Part shown: in pieces, positions 26,107-38,894 of the stretch | Layout: each line of letters opens with the position of its first letter | How positions within the stretch are numbered: the first letter of the stretch is position 1 | NCBI GenBank assembly: GCA_965178125.1 | Contig: OZ237741.1 | Coordinates: 682,001 to 746,000, forward strand | Reading direction: 5' to 3' | Length of the DNA stretch: 64,000 bases | From: Bilabrum cf. latius | Taxonomy: Eukaryota | Program-made: the position numbers and the translations under genes | The notes under the pieces: model-generated | Database searches by the model: none | What the model was told of the DNA's origin: nothing | The model's input: the letters and a program-made list of their open reading frames with translations, nothing else

Positions 26107-29100
26107 ATGCAGGAAAATGTGCCGTTTGCGGGTGGTGAATCGGCTGAAGTGGTCCTTGGGAGTACCCGAGCAAGTGCGTTGCCTTCCTAGCTACATGGCA
26201 TTTCGCCAGCTCCAGGAGGCATCGGATTTGTAGCGGTGATAGACAGTGATACAACGGTATATCATACAAAGCTTGAAGCGGCTCTTGCGTACGATGATGC
26301 AGTTCTGGCACAGCGAGGTGAGCTGGGTGCTGCCCGCTCAATCGCTGATGACGGCGTCGTTGCAAACGGGGCACTCCGGCGAGTCCATCGCCTACAAAAG
26401 CTTAATTTTGCATCAATTTCTGTTCGTGCGCGGGCTGTAAATGCTGTGTGCAACATAAAACAGCTGCGGCAAGCGAAAACAGTGCTTGCATCCCAAGGCC
26501 CGTACCCTTCCGAGTTTGGAGCGAAATCAGGAGATGTGGATGCACCGAGTAGCGCTCAGTAGAACAATGAATTGTTGTCATCTTCTAACGGTTCGGCTGC
26601 AGCTGAAGAAAAGGCGACAAGTGCTTCTCCAAAAGTGCCGTAGCGGTTTGGAGCTTTGGCGATCGGCATTTCAAGGCGCAAATCAAGCAAGGAGCCTGCA
26701 AAATAGGACTATTCGCTTTCTCTTGAGAATGACCCCGTTACGAACGTGAAGGTCAAGTTCGATCCGGCCTCTGGGCAAGGCAGCTTCGTGATTCGGGCCG
26801 CGCCCGCCGGAGCAGGATTGCAAGCTTTCGGGCTTCCGCTCCGCAGTGGGCCCATCGATGCAGCTGTGTAGAGGGAGCAAACAGGAAAACTTATGAAAGA
26901 AAAGCTCCCTGCCCCTGGCAGCGAGCCGCGAGTGGCCTACGACTCCAGCACCCTCCTGCCAGTCGTGCGCGCTGGTCCCGTGGACATTGTGGTGGGAGCG
27001 AGCAAGGGGCCAGACACGGAGCAGCAGAGGTATGCAGAGGCATACCGTGGCGACCAAGGTGTCATGGATGCGTTGAGGGCCGCGCAAGCGGATCATCCAG
27101 AGGCTGCATCCGGCAGTGCTGCGCCTCCACCCGACGACCGTGGGCTGGTCATGGTCATGACTGAGACCGAGACCAAGCAGCACCATGCCGCCAGGAATGG
27201 CCTGGGAGGCGCGTCGGGCGCAGCAGCAATGCAAGACGACAGCGATGACGACGACGTCAGCTCAAGCAGGCCCACGAGCAGAGGAAGGGGCAGAGGAAGG
27301 GGCAGAGGGAGGGGCCGGGGCCGGGGCCGGGGCCGGGGCCGGGGTCGGGGTCGGGGTCGGGGCAAAGGGAGGGGTCGGGGCCGTGCCAAACGGGGTGCGG
27401 AAGAGGAAGAGCCCGAGGGCCACACCATTGATCTTCGAGGATCCAGCAGCGACAGCGATGAGGACGAAGATGACGCAAGCAGCGGGAATTCCGGCTCGTC
27501 AGGGTGGGGAGGCGGCGGTGCGACCACCACGCCGTCCAAGCGGGGCAGGGGTAGGGGCAGGGGCAGGGGCAGAGGACGTGGGAGGGGTAGGGGTCGCGGT
27601 AGGGGCAGAGGGAGTGGAAAGAGCCACCGCTTGGCGTCTCAGACGACAGAGCTCATGGCATCCTCTTCATCCACCGACATGGATGGCAACCCCGATGCAC
27701 GCTCGGGACAGTTCCGGTCTCACGGTGAGCTGAGCGCATACTTAGACCAGCAGAGCGCGTTGCTGCAACTCGGCAATCTCGCAAGGAGCTTCGTCCATAA
27801 CCGGGCCGCAGATGGCGGCGCCGCATCCTCGGCTGGGGAAGCTGCGGCCACCCCGCACCCCTCGGCCGTCGGGCAGCTCGGTGCCCAAATCGACCAGGCC
27901 GCCATGGCCCCGACCGGCTTCCATCCTATCCCTCGCCGCGTCACATCAACGGGGTCTCGGGGAAATCGCAGGCCCAGCGTGGACGATCAGGACGATGCGA
28001 TCATGAACGCCGCCACAGGCACCGGGTGGATCGTCGGCGTGCGCGCCCGCGGCCTGACGGACTCTCGTAAGCGCGGCCCTCCATGGAACGAGCAGGCGAT
28101 AGGCTCGCACGCCTATCCGGGCCAATCGCAGCCAAAGCGATTGAGGGTGGATGCACGGCCAGCCACGCAGAGCGGCACCGGGCCAGCTCGTGTGTCCGAA
28201 GTGCCGGCAGCCAGCATGGCACAGGTGCAGACTGGACGAGCGCAACCAGTTGGCATGACCTCTGTTGTGGCTCAGGCCGCAGCAAACTCAAGCCACAGCT
28301 CCACTGCTGCAGATGCCAACCGATTCCTTCAGCTGGCAGCCTTCGCTCAATCTGCGCCCACGAGCCAGCCCCCCAAAGCCGAGGGGCTGCTGCGGACGAG
28401 CCCGGCCACCAGCTCGAAGAGCCAAGCTACTAGCTCGAAGGGCCAGGCCGCCGGCACTAGCCATGCCTGCACAAGCTCTGGCCGCCCAATACGATCAACA
28501 GCTGCACGTGCCCTGCGTGCAAAGAAGGTCTAGGCAGTCAGGGCGGCGGCCATGGCGCAGAGCTAGTTGGGAGCCATGCGCGCGCAGTGGTCCACAGGGG
28601 CGAGGCAGAGCACGCATGGCAAGTTGACCGGATCCAAGCGGAGCTCAAAGCGGCGCGACGGCGGCATGCCCAACGATGTGTATGTGTACATGAAGCTGAA
28701 GACGCTGACGGCTGTGCAGCTCATGGGCTACAAGTCCGCAGAGGGCGACAGGGAGGCGAGCAAGAATCGTAAGAACTACAAGGATCTGCCCAAGAGCGAG
28801 TACTGTGGAGTATATCCGACGCCTCGCGGTATCTGGACTGGAAGGTACCGCAACCGGTCGTGCGGCGTGTTCTACAAGGAAGAGGCAGCGGCACTGGGCC
28901 GGGATGTCCTGCTCGTGTGCATGCAGCACCGGCTGGGCGTGCTCCCGAAAGCGGATCAACTCAATTTTCCAGAGCAGTACGCGGACATTTGCAAGGCTCT
29001 ATAGAGCTGCAGTTGCGTGTATGCCTCGCTGTAGCCCGTGGACATGACCGCTGGCGCTGATGCCACAACGTTTGCCGACCACGCTGCGATGATGCAACTT

Positions 29101-31062
29101 GACATGATGCCGGCCGATGCGCGGAAGCGCGGGCCCAAGTCCATCGCTGCAATTCGCCAGTTCCTGCACGCTCAGCAGGATGCAGAGTCATCCGCGCTGC
29201 AGGGCCTCATGCGTATCGCAGCCCAACAAGCTGCCCACGCCATGGAGACTTCCGCAGCGAGCGAGCTAGCGCATGAGTCGGCTGCTGCTCCTAACGGCGA
29301 AGCTGTGGTCGATCGCCGCTTGCATGGACGCGGCCGTGGACGTGGTCGCGGCCGTGGCAAGGGCAGGGGCAGGGGTAGGGGCAGAGGCAGAGGCAGAGGC
29401 CGACTGCTGCGTGGCGCATCCACCAAATAGCGGAAAGTAGACGCAGATGCTGGCCAGACGTCTGGTCGAGGCATCGGTCAGGCTCATACCCCGGCAGGCT
29501 ATGGCCGTAATGGGCTTAGCAAGGTGCTTAATCTCTCTGGCAGCAGCAGCGCCTCCGATGGCTTCCAGCTGTTCGGCACTGAGGGCAAAGGCAGCAGGCT
29601 GGAAGTTGCTGCCACCCCGGCCAGCCAGATGATCCAGCAGATGAACCAGGTATCCACCGGCAAGCTCAAGACCCCTGCAGGCAGCCAGTCTCCTGGTGCA
29701 GGGTACCCTTAGAGTGCCATGCTTGAGGGCTCCAGTGATGCGCAAGGGGCTGTTCTGGAGGATACAGGTGGTCAGGACGCATGGGAGCCGCAAGTGCGCA
29801 TGCACAGTAACGTGTACGTACCACCTGAGGGTGTGTCAGCTGCCACGCAGTCGAGATTCCTGCGGCGCATAGTCGCAGCGCAAACCCCCAGGGGTGCGGC
29901 TGCCAATGCGCTCAAGTCGCCCATGCCGAGCATCGTGTCCCGAGGCCAGGCGTCGGCACAGCCAAGAAGGCTCAGGTCTGCTTCCAGGCCTCGGCAAGAC
30001 TCAGTGGACGACCCGACGTCGAGGTCCGGTCGGGTTTCCCCTGATTCTCTCGCAGACGCCTCTGCAGCTGCTCGTCAAGCCATGATGTCGCCGGAAATGC
30101 AGCTCCGCAACATGATGGTGTCCCCACCTCTGCGCGGTCAAGCTCCGCCAGAGTCTCGTCAGCTAGCACGGCACAAAGGTAGCGCAAAGCTGCAGTCGGC
30201 TGCCATGTCGAGCGCGCAAGATGACCATCTGGCCATTGGATCCCGGCGCCAGCAGGGTCTAGCAGATCTGGTCGCAGCAGTGGTCGCGTCACGTTCATCG
30301 TAGCTCGGCCCGCCGCAGCAAGGCGACCATCCCATCTCGCGGATCTTCAGCCCGGCTCATCACACGTCTGGGTCGAATGGGATGGATGCCCATGGTTCGA
30401 AACAGCCTAACTCTGACAGCGTGGAGCATGTGATGTCGTCGTCATCCTCCTCGTCTTCGTCTTCGTCCAACCAGTGGATGCCTCAGCTTGCGAACCTTTC
30501 CAGTGGCTCGCCTCTCGCTATGAATTCGGCCCAGCGGGCACATGCTAAGGCCCATGTCGCTGAATCGGCTCCAGCTGCCAGGAGGCTACCTCCGTCTCAG
30601 CGTGGCACCACCAGCGCAAGCCGAGCACCGCTACTCAGCGACGATGGACAGCCCCCGCGGGCTCCGCCGTGCAGCCCCACAAGCCGGATCTCGAGCCAGG
30701 GCCGCGTGCCATCAGGTGCCCTCGGTCATCCTCTTGGCAGCCTTGGTGCCCTGGGTGCCAGCAGCATGGGCTCGCCGTCCAAATATCACTTGTCGGACAG
30801 CGTGGCAAGGGAGGTGCAGCTGGTAACTAGCGCCTTCCAAGAGGACACTGACGAGCCCATGCTGAGTCCAGGAGCCCTTGGACGTGGAGGAGATGGACAC
30901 TTGCTTGCTGCAGATAGTGTTGGCGAGGACGAAAATGGTTCTCCCAAGGCGGGACCTATGCCGGTTGTTCATGGGAGGCAGACCCTGTCGCCGCTGCGCG
31001 GTCATGAGATCCAGGCGTACAGCCCTGCTAGATCGGAGGCTCACGGTGCTGAGGGGGTGTGA
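26107..31062 (+). CDS. Large low-complexity protein with two AP2-like DNA-binding domains and three Gly-Arg tracts (~1651 aa, single exon)
   Basis: Seven track ORFs in one frame joined by 12 TAGs (26188, 26560, 26641, 26704, 26869, 28531, 28564, 29002, 29032, 29428, 29710, 30301); ends at TGA. AP2-like 1: LHGISP...YHTKLEAALAYDDAVLAQRGE...KLNF. AP2-like 2: SEYCGVYPTPRGIWTGRY...GVFYKEEAAALGRD...QLNFP. Confidence 0.75.
27279..27390 (+). repeat. G-rich hexamer array encoding (Gly-Arg)n, including (GGGGCC)x5 then (GGGGTC)x3
   Basis: ggggcc x5 at 27311-27340 and ggggtc x3 at 27341-27358. Similar GR tracts at about 27540-27612 and 29325-29403. Confidence 0.9.
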
Positions 31063-31179
31063 CTATTTTGCCCTGGCTTGTATTTCTAGTTTTACGGTAT
31101 ATCCTATGGATGCTTGTAGAGATAGTGTGTTTTAAGGACGATATGTAGATTACTGGGCATAGGCTGGCTTTCTGATGCA

Positions 31180-34100
31180 TCAGCTCACTTGCGGAAGTGC
31201 AGAGTGGCCGCCACTCTCGCCATCGTCAGCTCCCCAGTCTCCGTGGATGAACTCTTCAGCTTTGACCGCACCCACCAGCTTGTCCAAAACGGCTCTCACC
31301 TGCGGGTCTGCCTTTGCTGCCTGTTGCAGAGCTGCAACCTGCCGGCGCAACCCGTCCACCCTCCCTGCAGAAACTCGTAGCTACCTCTCAAGGGCCTCCG
31401 CATTCGGTACCAGGGTAGCTGTGGAGGGAAGCACTCTTCTGTGCCGCGGACCCTTGGTCGCAGCACCAGCAGTGGGAGCTGACCCCATCCGCTGAGCCTA
31501 CGTCGAAGCCCTGCGAGCGCTGGAGGGCGGCACTGGCCGGGCGCTCCCGTCTCCGCCTGCAGACCGCTTGCCTTCCGCACCACCATCCACATCGCCATCA
31601 GCTTCCAGTAGGGTGTTGCCCGCATCCATCCCAATGCCCATCGAAGTGGCAGCAGGCCCAGCTCGCACGGCAATCGCAAGCCTCTTCTTTGCTCCATCCG
31701 CTGCCTGCCCCCCCGTGATGCCGAACCTTGCCATGGTACGCGCACGCCCGGACTTCTCCAATCGGTTCTTGCGGCGCACCACGGGTTGTCCAGGAACAGC
31801 GGCTGCCGAAGCAGCACGGGCGGTATCGTTGCCCTTCCCTTCTCCAGCAGCGGCGCTGGCTCCTGTCTCGCGGAGAGGAGGCAGTCCGGGCGGCATCGTG
31901 CCGCCGGCACCGGCTCCCGAGCTAGCGGCTGCAGTGAGCAGCTTGTGCTCACGCCGAAGCGCATTTACCTCTTTAGTAAGCACAGTATTTTCTCGCATGA
32001 GCTTCTGCCTGTCTCCCCGATGCATGGCAGCATCTTTGGCAAGCTTTCTGCGACCAGCCCTGACAGACCTCTCAAGGAAATCTCGCTTGCGACTGTGCTA
32101 GACCTACAGTGCAACAGGGTCATCATCGCCCGCCACTGCTGACACGTCCTTGTCCCCGTGGATGTGCCTTCGGTAAAACACAGTCGCGGCAGTCCGCAGG
32201 CCTTTCTTGTCGTCAACCCGCTTGCCCACCTCGAACAGCTCCCGCTGCAGATCAGCCAGCTCCTTCTGCCGCTTCTCCGTCTCCACAGCAACCCGTTCCA
32301 AACTAGTATCGAGGCCCTGGGTCTTGAGTCTCTGCTCAGAGATCATGAGCGACAGCGCTGCGTTGGCCTTCTGGTACTGCAGCAGCTCAAGCTCCATGTC
32401 CTTAAGCTGCGAGCGCATGTCCCTAATCTCGCGCTAGCGGGGAGCGATCTGCCTCTGCAGCTCCTGGATCTTATAGTTGAGCACGAACTTGAACTTGTCC
32501 AGCTCCTGGTTCTTCTTTCGCAGGTCATCGATCCTCGAGTCCTTCTCCAAGATGGTCTCGTCCCGCTCGCGGATCTCCTTCTGATATCCGGCCACGTCCT
32601 TCCGCAGCGTCACCACGGCGTCCTGCAGGCCCCTGTTGGTCTCAACCAGTCGCTTGATGGCCTCGGCTTGCTTGGCCTTAGTCTGAAGCAGCTTGCTCTG
32701 GGACGTCTTAAGGAGTGTATTCGCGCCAACAAGCTGGTGCGTCTTTTTCTGCTCACCTGCCAGCTGCTTCTCGTAGCCAAGCCGCAGCCTGTCTAGCGAC
32801 CTGTCCGCCTTGTGCTCGATCGTGTCCATCTGGCCCCGCACCTTTGTCTTGAGCTCGCGGTTCTCGCGCACGAGTTCTGCAGTCCTTTCGTGCTCCATGC
32901 GCAGCTCTGCCTCGAACCTGTCGGTCAGCTCGTCCAGGTGCCTGCCGTGCTTGCCAGTGAGCTCGTCGGTCTCGGCCGCCCACCTTGCATCACGCTCGTC
33001 CCTCTGCCTGGTCAGGTCATCGTAGCGCTCCACCTCCGCTGCTAGCTTGGCCTTGTACGACCTCTCCAGCTCCTCGAGCTCGCCCGCCTGCTCTTTCTCA
33101 AGCTCCTCCGTCTGCTTGTCGAATCGCTCCTCCATGGCCTCCTTCTCCCCGCGGAGGGCCTCGAGCCGCCTGCGCTCCACCTTGACCTCATCTTCGTACT
33201 TTTCCTGGTACCTCTGCATCTTCTGCTTGTTCTGCACGTCGCGGTTGGCCAGGTTGTAGTTGTTCTGTAGGGTAACTTCCGCCACGCTGGCCTTGAGCCT
33301 CTCTCGCTGCGCCCTGGATCCCTCGAGTGCAGACTTGGTCACAAGGATCTCGTCAGCCCAGCCGAGGCGGCGCTCCCGCTCCAAGAATGCCTGCGACAGG
33401 AGACGTAGCTGCTTGCTGACGTTAAGGACCAAGGCCGGCAGGCGCCCACCGGACCGCATCTCGGAGCCAGGCACGTGCACAGTCAGTGCCATCTCGTCGG
33501 CGGCACCGCCCAATGCTGCCGCTCCACCACCCACTCTGCTACCACCCACGGCGCTCGATGGCACTGAGCCAGCCGGTCGCACGATCGCGATGGACCCGTC
33601 GGCCGCGGCAGATACGACTAGGTGTCCATCGCTGGAGACTGCAATCCGAGTCACGGGGGCCGAGTGGCAAGGTAGGTCCTGGTAGGCGTGCGTGGAAGAA
33701 CCTTTTGGGAAGGGAGCAGGGTACACGCGCACGCTGCCCAGCCTGCCAGTGGAGCTCACTCCAGCCACGACAGCCTCTCCATGAGGAAAGCACGCGACCT
33801 GGCCGAGTACCACAGCCTCTGATCGCGGAGCCGTGATGCTTGATGCAATGATTCCAGTCTCGCCGGATCCGTCGCCCGCAGCCCCTACGCCACTAGACGC
33901 ACCAGTCGCTGCCGCAGAACCCGTCACCGACAGTCCGCCATCCATGCCGGGAGGAGGCTGCAGTCCCTAGGCCCTTCCTGCCCCGCGCGATCCCAGCCTC
34001 GAACCCCCCCTTGATCCGGCCCTGGACGAGCCTCGCTCCCCCCCTGCGGCAGCGACCGGAGAGGCAAAGTCCAGCTTCAAGAAGGGGGACTTCTGCGGGT

Positions 34101-35877
34101 CCCTCAGGTTGGTGCCTACCACGTACACCTCCGAGCCGTCAGGAACGCTGCTGCAGGATACCCCCGTGAGGGCACACTCGGGGACCTCGGTCCGGTTAGC
34201 CAGCCGCCTCTCAAGCACTTCCCACCTCGCGACCACCTGGTCCCTGCCGGCGCTGACCAGGAATCGGTCATCAGGCGACCAGGCCAGCGCAAGCACTTTG
34301 TCGGTGTGGCCCCGAAGGGTTGCCACAGGGGCTGCCGTGTACGTGTCATAGACCTGCACAGCGGCACCATTGGCACATGCCATGTACTGCCCGCCGTGCG
34401 AAAACTTGACTGCGACGCACTTCCTGACAGGGAAGTCCTTAACCGGCTTGATGTCTTCCATCAGCACGTTGAGCAGCTGCAGGCCACTCTCAAAGCCGAC
34501 CGCTACGTGAAATCCGCTGGGATGCAGTGCAATGCCGTGGACCTCCTCGGAGAACCGCTTGACTAGCTCCACAGTGGGCCTGGCATCCGCTTGCAGCCCG
34601 CTTTCAGGCCCAGTGTACTGCAGGTGGGACCACACACGCACCGTGCGGTCTGCGCCCGCCGTCACAAATATCGGCTTGCGTTCGCATAGGTCCAGCCCCA
34701 CCACAGCGCGCTCCCCCGATGCCCCGGGTCCATGCAGGGGCGTGAGAAGGGGTGCAAACACGATGTCATCCGCCTTGTGGAGCTCGTAGTTGGCCAGGCG
34801 AAAGACGTACCCCTGCCCGCTGCTCATCACAAACGCGACCTCCTCCTCGTTCGCCTGCACGCTCATGCTCACCACCCGCTGCGCATCTCCAGGCACGCTG
34901 AACTCCGCCTTGAGTCGGAAGAAGTGCCTCGCGTCGTCGCTCTTCTCATAGATCAAGAGGCGGCCCCCGTCCGCCCCAGCCACGAATCCCTTGGAGAACG
35001 GGACCAGGCAATCGATGGGGCGGCCGTCCGCGGGGGCAGTGTCCAGAGCTTTCTTGAACTCCACTCCTTCCAGCACCCACAGCTCTCCGCGGGCGGTACC
35101 AACGATAAGCCGGTCCTCTGGCAGCCAGCAGTGCGACAAAAAGTTGGCTGGCTCCTGCTTGAGGTTCAGCAGCAACGGGCGAAGCACGTCATCTACCAGC
35201 CTGTACATGCGAAGGTTACCATCTCCCGCAGCAAGGATGATGGAAGGATCGTCTGGATGGGCTGCGACCCCGTGCAGGGGGCGCCCTTGCTGGGACAGGT
35301 TGCCAGTGGCAGCCAGCACCTTGCCCTTCTCAACTGACACGTAGTTCAGCCGCCAGCCAGGGGCTGATGAAAGCACTACCAAGTATTTGCCATCGCACGT
35401 GTAACACATTGCATGCACCTGTGAGCTACCAATGTCTGTGTCTCGCAACACTACCCTCTGCCTGCGACGCCCGCTCCAGTCGTGGACCGTGATGGTTGGG
35501 TGGCTCTCTCGATGGGTCTCGGCCCAGGCAGTGTAGCGCTTGGACGGTGAGACTGCAAGTGCATCAACGCCTCTGGAGAGCGGCGATGCGTGGACTATTC
35601 GCTGCGACTTGCTAGTGGCATCAGCGTCCATCCGGACAATCGTGTGGCCCGCAACGAATACTACATCGCTTTCGTCCAGATACTGTACTCCGCCGCGAAC
35701 ATCAGCTTTTAAACCAAATACATATCTGCGAACACAAGATCAATCACAGGTAGTGGTGCAAAGCAGAGTTGAGAAATACATTGTGTTGTTGTGTACATGA
35801 AGTGGGTTTGCGTGCTTTGTCTCGTTTCCCTGACAACGATCAAACGAACGCAAATTTCCTCACGATGCACGGAGCAT
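31180..35877 (-). CDS. CFAP57: Cilia- and flagella-associated protein 57 (WDR65), ~1519 aa; probable 14-nt exon 1 at 35864-35877, exon 2 at 31180-35725
   Basis: N-terminal YVFGLKADV, WD40 repeats, GLDLCERKPIFVTAGADRTVRVW, IALHPSGFHVAVGF, and coiled-coil signature ERDETILEKDSRIDDLRKKNQELDKFKFVLNYKIQEL and RENTVLTKEVNALRRE. TAGs at 33967, 32434, 32104, 32098, 31498, 31381; ends at TGA. A phase-2 intron 35726-35863 (GTGAGG...GCAG) is inferred. Confidence 0.9.
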
Positions 35878-36014
35878 GATCCGGCGACCGCTATCCGATG
35901 AGGGATAATTGCTGGAATTTCACACCAGAGTGCCGTTGAGGAAATTCTTGATTTCAAGAGCACACCCTACAAAATCGCCGACTGACGGAGAATACAACTG
36001 GTATCAGCGGCTCC

Positions 36015-38069
36015 ATGTCGCAAGAAAGCGAAGTGAGCATACCTTCTGCATTAATGTATTGTATTTATGTAAGATCTCCATGTCAGTTTCATTGTTCTAG
36101 CTTTTACCGGTCAACGGCGCAGACTACCAGGCTGATGCTGTCGGGCTGGACCATGCTGGCTGAAAGCTGCCCAGTAAAAGGATGCCTTGCCCCCTTGTTT
36201 AACAACAAGCGCACCGGAGAGCTGCGTTGTACCAAATGCGATGGATCATTTGAGCGGCAGGCCGGCCGTATCACCGTAAAGTACGTTAAAAATCCCCCGA
36301 AGGGTGCAGTGGTGCCTCGAACGGAGCTGCAGCAGATGGCGAGTCTAGGCGCTCAGCCAGGCACGCCAGTGTAGGCATCGGCTGCTGAAACCCCGGGCCT
36401 GCCGAGCTCTGCACCTAGCTCCACCACACCAGCCGAGACTAGCCGTCCTCGGCGGAGCCGCACGGACCAGGCCAGCGCCGACATCGGCCCGTACTTGATC
36501 AGGGGATGGCGCATGCTCTCCAAAACCTGCGATTCCTGTGGCGCTCCCTTGATGCAGGAACGGCCATCGGATGGCAACAGGGAGTCTATGCCCGTGTGGT
36601 GCGTGTTCTCGCAGTGCGAAGCCTACGGCGTGGTCGGCGAGTCGCAGGTGAGGCAGGCTCCAGTGGAACCCCCAGCGGGGTCAGCAGCACCACGTGCCTC
36701 GCAGCAAATGGCTGGACCGGGCGCACAGAATTGGGGCGACGCGCTGGACCAGCTGCGAGAAGGGGTCCGTCGGGACGAGGCAGGTGGCCCACGTGCCCGC
36801 ACCCTCCTGCAAGAGGGGGCTGCTGGGGCCGAGCACCAGGTGTGGCGGGTGCCGGGGTCTCAGCGCAGCGGTGCAGCCGCGGGGGGAAGCGGCGGCGGGT
36901 TCGGATCGGGCAGTAGAGCGGCGTCTATGCCAATGGCAACCTCGATGGACGAGCCAGTGAGTGAGAGCAAGCAGGCGACGCCGCCCAGAGCCGCCACGGG
37001 AGGCGCCGGCTCTTCGAATGCTCGGATCAGAGGTAGCGTGCAGCACAGCCGCACGACGGACGAGCTGATGGCAATGGCGATGGGCATTAGCGGCTCTGGC
37101 TCTGGCTTGGGATTTGCTTCCACCAGCGGCAGCAGCGGAGTGGGGGCAGACGAAAGGAAGGAAGCAGACGCGCAGGAGCAGGAGCCAGGGCTGGGTGATG
37201 CCATCGAAGCTGTGCGGTAGGCGGCCGCGCGGGCGGAGCAGGCGCGACCGGGGCGTGCCGCGTCAAGCGGGGCTAGGGCAGCAAGCGGGGGCAGCCAGGG
37301 GGGCAGCGGCAGCGGCAGGAGGATCGCAGGGGCCCAGGTGCTGGCAGCCCCTGCCGACTGGGCCTCGATGAGCCCCGAGGAGCTGCAGGCTTTCGCGGCG
37401 AGGGCGGCGGGGGCGGCGCAATCGGCGCGGGCTGCCGCGTCTGACGAGAGCACCGCGGCTGCGCGTGGTAGCATCCCGGCGGCCTCGGGAGCTGGCCGAG
37501 GTGATGCTGGGTCTGGGGCGAGCCGGCCTCGGGCCGCCGAGGTTGAGACCAGGGCGCTGCCCAGGAACGAGGCTGAGGAGGACAGGGAGGCGCTGGAGCT
37601 TGCGGCGGCCATGCGGCAGCTGAGGGCCAGCGCGGGTGCAGGCGGGTCTGACGGAGGCGCTGGTGCTGACCCCCGGCGGGTGATCGAGGCGAGAGGTCCC
37701 CGGATCCTGACTGCCCCGTCCGGGTGGGCCTCGATGAGTCCCGAGGAGCTCAGGAGGACCGCATTGGAGGGGGGTGCCGCGAGCGGGAAGGACGAGGGCA
37801 GCAGGAGCAGCAGTGCCGATGCGGCAGTGTCCGCCAGGGGCGCGTCGTCAGCCAACTCGACCTCTGGTTCCGCCGCCGTACCACCAAGCGGTGCCTCTGC
37901 CGCTGGCAGCAACCCGGCCATCGCTGCTCTTGAGAGGGCAGCTGCGCAAGCTGCGCAGGCGGCCGCGGAAGCAGCTGGTAGGCAAGACTGGGAAGCCATG
38001 GGTAAGGCCTCGGCAGCTGCACAGCAGGCCTCCGCTGCCCTCAAAGCGATGAAGGAGTCTATGCAGTGA
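36015..38069 (+). CDS. ZNRD2/SSSCA1 (autoantigen p27)-like protein with two Zn-ribbon modules (~684 aa; 5' structure uncertain)
   Basis: LMLSGWTMLAESCPVKGCLAPLF...CTKC and DQASADIGPYLIRGWRMLSKTCDSCGAPLMQ...CVFSQC. TAGs at 36372 and 37218; ends at TGA. A short AT-rich intron at about 36033-36100 is possible. Confidence 0.78.
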
Positions 38070-38283
38070 CGTTTTGGATTGCCGTGCCTCCTTTGCCCCC
38101 GTGATTTGGGCGCAGGCCACGAGCTTGTTGCACGTCCTCTTGTCTCACTACACACCCTTCTCGGTGGTCGATACGAAAGCCCGCTTTAAAATATGTGATT
38201 TCAATCAGCCAGAAGAGGAAACATGGAGCTGATTGGGCCGCCAATTGCTGGCAGGTTCCCAAAGTTCTCATCAGCTCCCTCCC

Positions 38284-38788
38284 TCAAGACACTATACAGC
38301 ATCCGCCTTGCGACGCTGGTGTTGTCCAAGGGTTATCAGCTTTCCTATCATTTGCAAGTGGCTCATCGGCCGCCTCAACCTCTTCCACCAGTCTGCGAAG
38401 CAAAGGAGGGCCGGTAGGACCACAAGCTAAACGACGGTACGATCGGGGGCCAGCCAACCCGCAATGACTGGAGATAATAATGCTGGCCACGAAAACTAGA
38501 CCACTAGTCATGCTTCATGGACAATATCAGCGTCTACGAACTGAGTCGTGCCGCGGCTGCATCCAAGTCCTTCCATCATTCACTGGCCAGTCCAACTCGG
38601 CAACGAAAACGATGTGATATCATCGTATGTATCAACCAAATTGTTGAAATCGCATGCGGCACGACTTGATACTGACATAAGACTCACTTCTTGCATGCAT
38701 CACCTGTCGGCATAGCCTTTTCCAGCGTCTTCAATTCCTCTTCGAGGCGCTTCTTCTCCTTCTGCGCCTTCTTCAGCTAACTATCCAT
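38284..38788 (-). CDS. Heterotrimeric G-protein gamma subunit (69 aa; exons 38688-38788 and 38284-38392)
   Basis: Spliced product MDS*LKKAQKEKKRLEEELKTLEKAMPTGDACKKLVEEVEAADEPLANDRKADNPWTTPASQGGCCIVS: N-terminal coiled coil, DEPL (DPL-like), NPW and a CaaX box (CIVS). Phase-2 intron 38393-38687 (GTGAGT...GCAG) matches on both sides; TAG at codon 4 (38777). Confidence 0.85.
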
Positions 38789-38894
38789 GGTGACACACCT
38801 AACTTTGTACCTCCAGCTTGATCAAGAGCGTCACAATCGCGGAGTATTTGCCAAGTATCCGGCGAAATAATGTGCACGTTACCAAAAACACTAA

